In this document: positions 59,265 through 63,864 of the stretch, piece after piece
Layout: each line of letters starts with the position of its first letter
How positions within the stretch are numbered: position 1 is the stretch's first letter
From: an uncultured Acidimicrobiaceae bacterium
GTDB lineage: Bacteria > Actinomycetota > Acidimicrobiia > Acidimicrobiales > UBA10347
DNA: 63,864 nt
Assembly: GCA_964513315.1 (NCBI GenBank)
Contig: CAZEMU010000002.1
Location: 1-63,864 of the forward strand
Direction: 5' to 3'
Program-made: the position numbers and the translations under genes
Notes under the pieces: generated by a model
The model's database searches: none
What the model saw: the letters and a program-made list of their open reading frames with translations, nothing else
What the model was told of the DNA's origin: nothing

Positions 59265-59801
59265 ATGGATGGGCCCGACCACTACCGAACGCTCGACGTC
59301 GCGCCTGGGGCGACCCAGGCGGATCTACGCGCCGCGTATCTGAAGCTGGCCCGCGCCAACCATCCCGATCTGTTCGAGGGCCCCCAACGGGCCCAGGCCG
59401 AGCGCCGCATGCAAGAGATCAACGAGGCGTGGAACGTGCTTGGCGTCAAGCACAAGCGCAAGGAATACGACGCGGCCCGTCCGCCGTCATCGACGGGCGC
59501 AAGCGCTGGTCCCCGCCGAGGGAATGCACACTTTCAGCCGTTCGACGACGACCCGATCGATCGCAGCGACGTCGACCTCGACCCGACGCCGATCGAAGGC
59601 AGCCAGGAGATCCCACGCTGGATCAGCCTGATGCCGATCGTGCTGGTGCTGTTCGGCGTGCTGTTCCTGGCGGTCGGCGTATTGGTGAATGCCGCGGCGA
59701 TCATCGCGTTCGCGGCCATCGTTGTATTGCTCGGAGGGGTCGGCTTCTTGATGATGCCGCTGATCGTGATGAGCCGAGCCGAGAGAGACCCGAACCTATG
59801 A
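59265..59801 (+). CDS. J-domain (DnaJ-like) protein with two C-terminal TM helices
   Basis: HYRTLDV..., YLKLARANHPDL (HPD), then hydrophobic helices LMPIVLVLFGVLFLAVGVLV and IIAFAAIVVLLGGVGFLMMPLIV. Confidence 0.8.
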   Translation: MDGPDHYRTLDVAPGATQADLRAAYLKLARANHPDLFEGPQRAQAERRMQEINEAWNVLGVKHKRKEYDAARPPSSTGASAGPRRGNAHFQPFDDDPIDRSDVDLDPTPIEGSQEIPRWISLMPIVLVLFGVLFLAVGVLVNAAAIIAFAAIVVLLGGVGFLMMPLIVMSRAERDPNL

Positions 59802-60583
59802 CGACGACGTACCTCGACAAGATCCTCGCCGCCCACCGAGCTGCGGCGGCGTTGGATGACCGAGCCAGCGACGAGCTCCGTGCTGCGTGCCTGGAGCTCG
59901 AGGCGACCCGAGACTTCTTTGCGGCGCTCAAGGCGCCGGGTCTATCGGTGATCGCAGAGGTCAAGCGCCGGTCACCATCGAAGGGCGACCTGGCTGCCGA
60001 CCTCGACCCGGCTGAGGTCGCGTCGGAGTATCAGGCCGGGGGAGCGTCGTGTCTATCGGTCCTGACCGACGTTGACCACTTCGGCGGGTCACCCGATGAC
60101 CTTCGAGCCGCACGTGCGGCGGTCGAGCTGCCGGTGCTGCGCAAGGACTTCACGGTCGCCGTCAACGACGTTTACGACGCTCGTCTGATGGGTGCCGATT
60201 GTGTGCTGCTCATCGTGGCCGCGCTGAATGACGATGAGCTGGCCGAGTTCTCGGCTGCGGCGACCTCGGTTGGTTTGACTGCGTTGTTCGAGATCCACGA
60301 CGAAGCCGAACTCGAACGGGCGCTCGCGGTCGACGCGCAGGTCATCGGCGTGAACCAACGAGACTTGGTGACGTTCGAGGTGGACCAAGATCGTGCCGTG
60401 CGGATGGCGCCGCAGATTCCGGCGGAGCGTGTCCGTATCGCTGAGTCCGGTGTCCGTGGTCCCGAAGATGCTGCTGTGCTGTGGCAAGCCGGCTACGACG
60501 CCGTCCTCGTCGGCGAATCCGTCGTTACCGCAACCGCCGGGCGGTCGGACGCCGTCGCTGCCCTCCGCGCTGTCTCCCGGTAA
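59798..60583 (+). CDS. trpC: indole-3-glycerol phosphate synthase
   Basis: IAEVKRRSPSKG, LSVLTD, LRKDF, NQRDL motifs. ATGA overlap with the J-domain gene. The 534-aa ORF from 58979 is rejected. Confidence 0.93.
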   Translation: MTTTYLDKILAAHRAAAALDDRASDELRAACLELEATRDFFAALKAPGLSVIAEVKRRSPSKGDLAADLDPAEVASEYQAGGASCLSVLTDVDHFGGSPDDLRAARAAVELPVLRKDFTVAVNDVYDARLMGADCVLLIVAALNDDELAEFSAAATSVGLTALFEIHDEAELERALAVDAQVIGVNQRDLVTFEVDQDRAVRMAPQIPAERVRIAESGVRGPEDAAVLWQAGYDAVLVGESVVTATAGRSDAVAALRAVSR

Positions 60584-60588
60584 CACCG

Positions 60589-62145
60589 TTAGAAGTCGGT
60601 GGCGACGCCGCCTTCGGCGATGCGGCGTCCGACGAAGTCTTCGATCGCCTCTCGGCGATCGTCTTCGATCGGCGGCTCGGCGTACTCATCGAGCAATGCC
60701 GGGTAGAGCTCGGCCAGCTTCTGGTCCGCCGTCGGTGCGCCGGCCTCTTCCCACGACTCGAAGTTGCGCCAGTCGCTGACCATCGGGGAGAAGAAGGCAT
60801 TGCGGTAGCGGTCCTGGGTGTGCTGGGTGCCGAAGAAGTGGCCACCCGGTCCGACCTCGGCGATGGCGTCAAGCGCCAGCGCGTCGTTGTCGAGCGCGAA
60901 CGGCGCCAGGAAGCTTCCGACCATCGAGATCAGATCTGCGTCGAGCACCATCTTCTCAAACGAAGCCCGCAGGCCTCCTTCGAGCCATCCGGCGCCGTGG
61001 AAGACGATGTTGGCGCCGCCCATCACCGCACCCCAGAGCGAGAACACCGACTCATATGCGGCCTGAGCGTCGACCGCGTTGGCGGCGTTGACGTTCGATG
61101 AGCGATACGGGAATCCGTAGCGGCGGGCGAGTTGGCCGCCCAGCATTGCCGACTGCATGAACTCGGGCGTGCCGAATGCCGGCGAGCCGGACTTCATGTC
61201 GACGTTCGACGTGAAGCCGCCGTACACCGCCGGAGCGCCTGGTCGTACGAGCTGGCTCAGACAGATGCCGGCCAAGGCCTCGGCGTTCTGTTGCACGACC
61301 GCACCGGCGACCGTCACCGGCGCCATCGCCCCAGCGAGCGTGAATGGCGTAATGATGCAGCACTGGTTCCGCGACGAGTACTCGATGATGCCGTTGCACA
61401 TCGGGTGATCAAGACGCAGCGGCGACGACGTGTTGATCACCGTCGTCACGATCGTGTGGTCATCGACCTCGTCCTCGGCGAGCCCGTTCGCAAGCCGGAT
61501 GATCTCGAGCGCATCGCGGTTGCGGTCGACGCCCAGGCTGTAGGCGTTTGGGGCCTTGTCCGACAGCACCGACACATCACGAATCGCATGTAAGTGCCGC
61601 ACCGACGCATGGATGTCCGCTGGCTCGACCGGGTAACCCCCGTGGATCTGGATTGCGTTCAGATGCTGCGACAGCCGAACCAGGTTCTGGAAGTCGGCCT
61701 GATTGCCAGTCCGGCGGCCGCCTGAGATGTCGCCCGAGTTCGGCGGACTGGCGACGGCGGTGAAGACGACGTTGTCGCCGCCGATCATGACGTTGCGCGC
61801 TGGGTTGCGGGCCTCGAGCAGGAACTCCGACGGAACAGTCGACACCGTTTCCATGACCATTTCGGGGTCGAAGCGGACCCGTTCGCCGTCGAGCGTGCAA
61901 CCGGCGGCGACGAAGCGTTCTTGGGCTTCGGGAAGCAGCACATCGATGCCGGTATCGCGAAGCACTGCCAGCGATGCCTGGTGAATTGACTCGAGCTCGT
62001 CGACAGAGACGATTCGAGTCGGCTCGAAGCGCCGCTTGTGCAGGCGGAAGTCTGGCTGTTCGATTGCGGATGACGCGGCGGCAGCCTTTTCGGCTCGGCC
62101 ACCTCGGCGACGTCGGCGCGGCGCATGTTCTTCCATTGCTGGCAC
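60589..62145 (-). CDS. MttB-superfamily (trimethylamine methyltransferase-like, non-Pyl) protein
   Basis: About 515 aa with no in-frame internal stop, and an N-terminal RRRRGGR...FEP..I...ELE.IH pattern typical of the family. Confidence 0.75.
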   Translation of the reverse strand: MPAMEEHAPRRRRRGGRAEKAAAASSAIEQPDFRLHKRRFEPTRIVSVDELESIHQASLAVLRDTGIDVLLPEAQERFVAAGCTLDGERVRFDPEMVMETVSTVPSEFLLEARNPARNVMIGGDNVVFTAVASPPNSGDISGGRRTGNQADFQNLVRLSQHLNAIQIHGGYPVEPADIHASVRHLHAIRDVSVLSDKAPNAYSLGVDRNRDALEIIRLANGLAEDEVDDHTIVTTVINTSSPLRLDHPMCNGIIEYSSRNQCCIITPFTLAGAMAPVTVAGAVVQQNAEALAGICLSQLVRPGAPAVYGGFTSNVDMKSGSPAFGTPEFMQSAMLGGQLARRYGFPYRSSNVNAANAVDAQAAYESVFSLWGAVMGGANIVFHGAGWLEGGLRASFEKMVLDADLISMVGSFLAPFALDNDALALDAIAEVGPGGHFFGTQHTQDRYRNAFFSPMVSDWRNFESWEEAGAPTADQKLAELYPALLDEYAEPPIEDDRREAIEDFVGRRIAEGGVATDF

Positions 62146-62261
62146 GGTACCTCTCGGCAGAATTCGCAGAGAGCGGGGTGTGGACGAGAAACGCCGCGGG
62201 CAGACATGGCTCGAATCGATCCGGCCTTGTGTCGTAGTGCGCAGGCGCGAGACACTGGTGC

Positions 62262-63864
62262 GTGACCACTTTCGAAGTACCGGGTCCGGGAACGTGGGAG
62301 ATTGATCGCTCGCACTACGACTCGGCGATAACGCCCATCAGCGAGTCGGTGATGGGGCGAGGTGCCGAAGCTGCGTACCAGAAGCTCTTCGGCGTGCTCG
62401 GTGTTCCGGCCAAAGGCGTCGAGATGCGCGAGGTCAAAGGCTTCATCTACTCGCGAATCGTCCCGTACTTCGGCGGTGATTCGGACTCGACGAAGCAGCC
62501 GCCTGAGTGGCTCGTCAAGCTGGTCTTCCGGCTCCATCCCGAGATGCGGCGCCGCGAGAAGCTTTCCGCCGAGGCACTCGAAGGCGAAGGGTCGCGAAAG
62601 ACGATCGCCGACTGGCAGGCCCGTATCCGCCCGCACTACGTCGAGCGAAACTTGGCGTACCAGCGCATGGATCTGTCCGCACTCGACGACGCAGCGCTCG
62701 GTGCTCATGTCGACGAGCTCGTGGCCTACCTGCGCGAGACCTGCGAAGAGCACCATCGTTTGCATGGTTATGACCTCGGGCCGTTGGCCCTGTTCGTGGT
62801 GGCATGTCGCGACTGGGGGATCGATGTCAGCGACGCTCTGGATGCGCTGACCGGGGCGAGCCCGTCGACGACCGAACCGCGACGCCAGGTCGCCGAGATT
62901 TGGGCCGAAGTCGACGCTGCTGGGGTGTCTCCCTCGTCGCTCGCCGATGTGCGTGCGGCGTCACCACGTGCGGCTGAGCTCCTCGATGCCTATATGGAAC
63001 GCCACGGCTCGGTCGTGTTCAGCTCCTATGACCTCGACAGTCCGACGCTGGGCGAGCGCCCCGAGCTCGTTCTCTCCACGATCATGCACGCCACCGAGCC
63101 GACCGAGGACGACGGCGCAGACCGTGTCGCTGCCCTGCGGGCCCGGATTCCAGCCGCCGAACACGGTGAGTTCGAACGGGTGCTCGCCGACGCCCGCGAG
63201 GCTATGGACATGCGAGACGACAACGGTCCGGTCACGGTTGAGTGGCCTGTTGGTCTGCTGCGCCTCGCCATGCTCGAAGCCGGATCACGCCTCGAGGGTG
63301 CTGGGCGCTTGCACGACGTCGACCACATCTTCAGCATCGAAGCCGACGAAATCGGGCCGTTGGTGGCCCGTCACGAGGGTCCGAGCGCCGAAGCAATGGC
63401 AGCCCGTCACGATGCTCGCCTCGCCCAGCGAGCACTCGATCCGCCGGACACGCTCGGACCGCCAGCGGCCGATCCACCGCTCGCAGCAATGCCGCCGGCG
63501 ATGCGCCGCACCCTCGAAATGACGCTGGCGGCGATGGCGGCGCTCGGCATGAGCGAACGCTCCAATCAGGGTGAGCTCTGCGGTACTGGGATCGGCGCCG
63601 AGTCGGTGCAGGGCACCGCGCGAGTTGCCTTGACGGCCGAAGACGCACTCATGGCGCTCGAACCGGGCGAAATTCTCGTCACCCGGGCCACATCGCCGGC
63701 ATTCAACTTGGTGCTCAGCTTGGCCGGAGGATTGGTAACCGTCGATGGCGGTCCGATGAGCCACGCAGCGGTGCTGTCACGTGAGCTGGGGCTGCCAGCG
63801 GTGATCGGCGTCCGTGACTGCCTCGATCACATTGCTGACGGTGCGATCATCGAACTCGACCCGG
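62262..63864 (+). CDS. PEP-utilizing-enzyme family protein (swivel His domain), 3'-partial
   Basis: Not in the ORF track because it has no stop in the window. By my own translation the frame is open from TAG 62235..62237 to the window end. It ends ...GEILVTRATSPAFNLVLSLAGGLVTVDGGPMSHAAVLSRELGLPAVIG (PEP-utilizer mobile domain). GTG 62262 is the first start. Confidence 0.75.
   Translation, partial: MTTFEVPGPGTWEIDRSHYDSAITPISESVMGRGAEAAYQKLFGVLGVPAKGVEMREVKGFIYSRIVPYFGGDSDSTKQPPEWLVKLVFRLHPEMRRREKLSAEALEGEGSRKTIADWQARIRPHYVERNLAYQRMDLSALDDAALGAHVDELVAYLRETCEEHHRLHGYDLGPLALFVVACRDWGIDVSDALDALTGASPSTTEPRRQVAEIWAEVDAAGVSPSSLADVRAASPRAAELLDAYMERHGSVVFSSYDLDSPTLGERPELVLSTIMHATEPTEDDGADRVAALRARIPAAEHGEFERVLADAREAMDMRDDNGPVTVEWPVGLLRLAMLEAGSRLEGAGRLHDVDHIFSIEADEIGPLVARHEGPSAEAMAARHDARLAQRALDPPDTLGPPAADPPLAAMPPAMRRTLEMTLAAMAALGMSERSNQGELCGTGIGAESVQGTARVALTAEDALMALEPGEILVTRATSPAFNLVLSLAGGLVTVDGGPMSHAAVLSRELGLPAVIGVRDCLDHIADGAIIELDP

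Overview
This is a GC-rich, densely coding chromosomal window from an Actinomycetota genome. The taxon call rests on actinobacterial markers: MshD (mycothiol), Bpa/PafE, SepF, DivIVA, and the divIVA-ileS-dksA-like-lspA-rluD synteny. The class cannot be determined from here. All identifications come from reading the supplied translations for family motifs; no searches were run.

Gene content, left to right:
- Nudix and dinB.
- A moxR-DUF58-transglutaminase operon (minus strand).
- An HNH protein and an LplA-like protein.
- A complete division/cell-wall (dcw) cluster: mraZ-rsmH-ftsL-ftsI-murE-mraY-murD-ftsW-murC::murB-ftsQ-ftsZ, followed by pgeF-yggS-sepF-yggT-divIVA.
- ileS (minus), then a dksA-like gene, lspA and rluD.
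- An Rrf2 regulator, an AlkP-family protein, bpa and dnaE.
- Nitroreductase-menA, then menG-rlmN-mshD on the minus strand.
- hisDCBHAF.
- A roughly 6 kb non-his/trp block: Cys-rich PKD lipoprotein, P450, VOC, EamA, kinase, GroES-like.
- trpE-ygfZ-like-J-domain-trpC.
- An MttB-family gene, and a PEP-utilizing-enzyme gene that runs off the 3' end and is missing from the ORF track.

I recognised no rRNA, tRNA, CRISPR array, transposase or integrase.

Items most worth follow-up:
1. A GroES-like protein with a C-terminal ...GLYL tail. It resembles the proteasome-docking GQYL motif, and a Bpa homolog ending in GTYL lies in the same window.
2. A promoter-plus-terminator-bounded candidate sRNA of about 98 nt with two UCCGCC loops.
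3. Two essential-type genes (rlmN, dinB) whose conserved N-termini lie upstream of any ATG/GTG/TTG. The only plausible start in each is a CTG inside a CTGA overlap with the upstream stop codon.
4. A dcw cluster that lacks murF and murG and carries a murC-murB fusion.
5. A lipoprotein with a duplicated six-cysteine module flanked by PKD-like domains.
6. Structured or repeat-rich non-coding spacers upstream of mraZ, rsmH and ftsZ.
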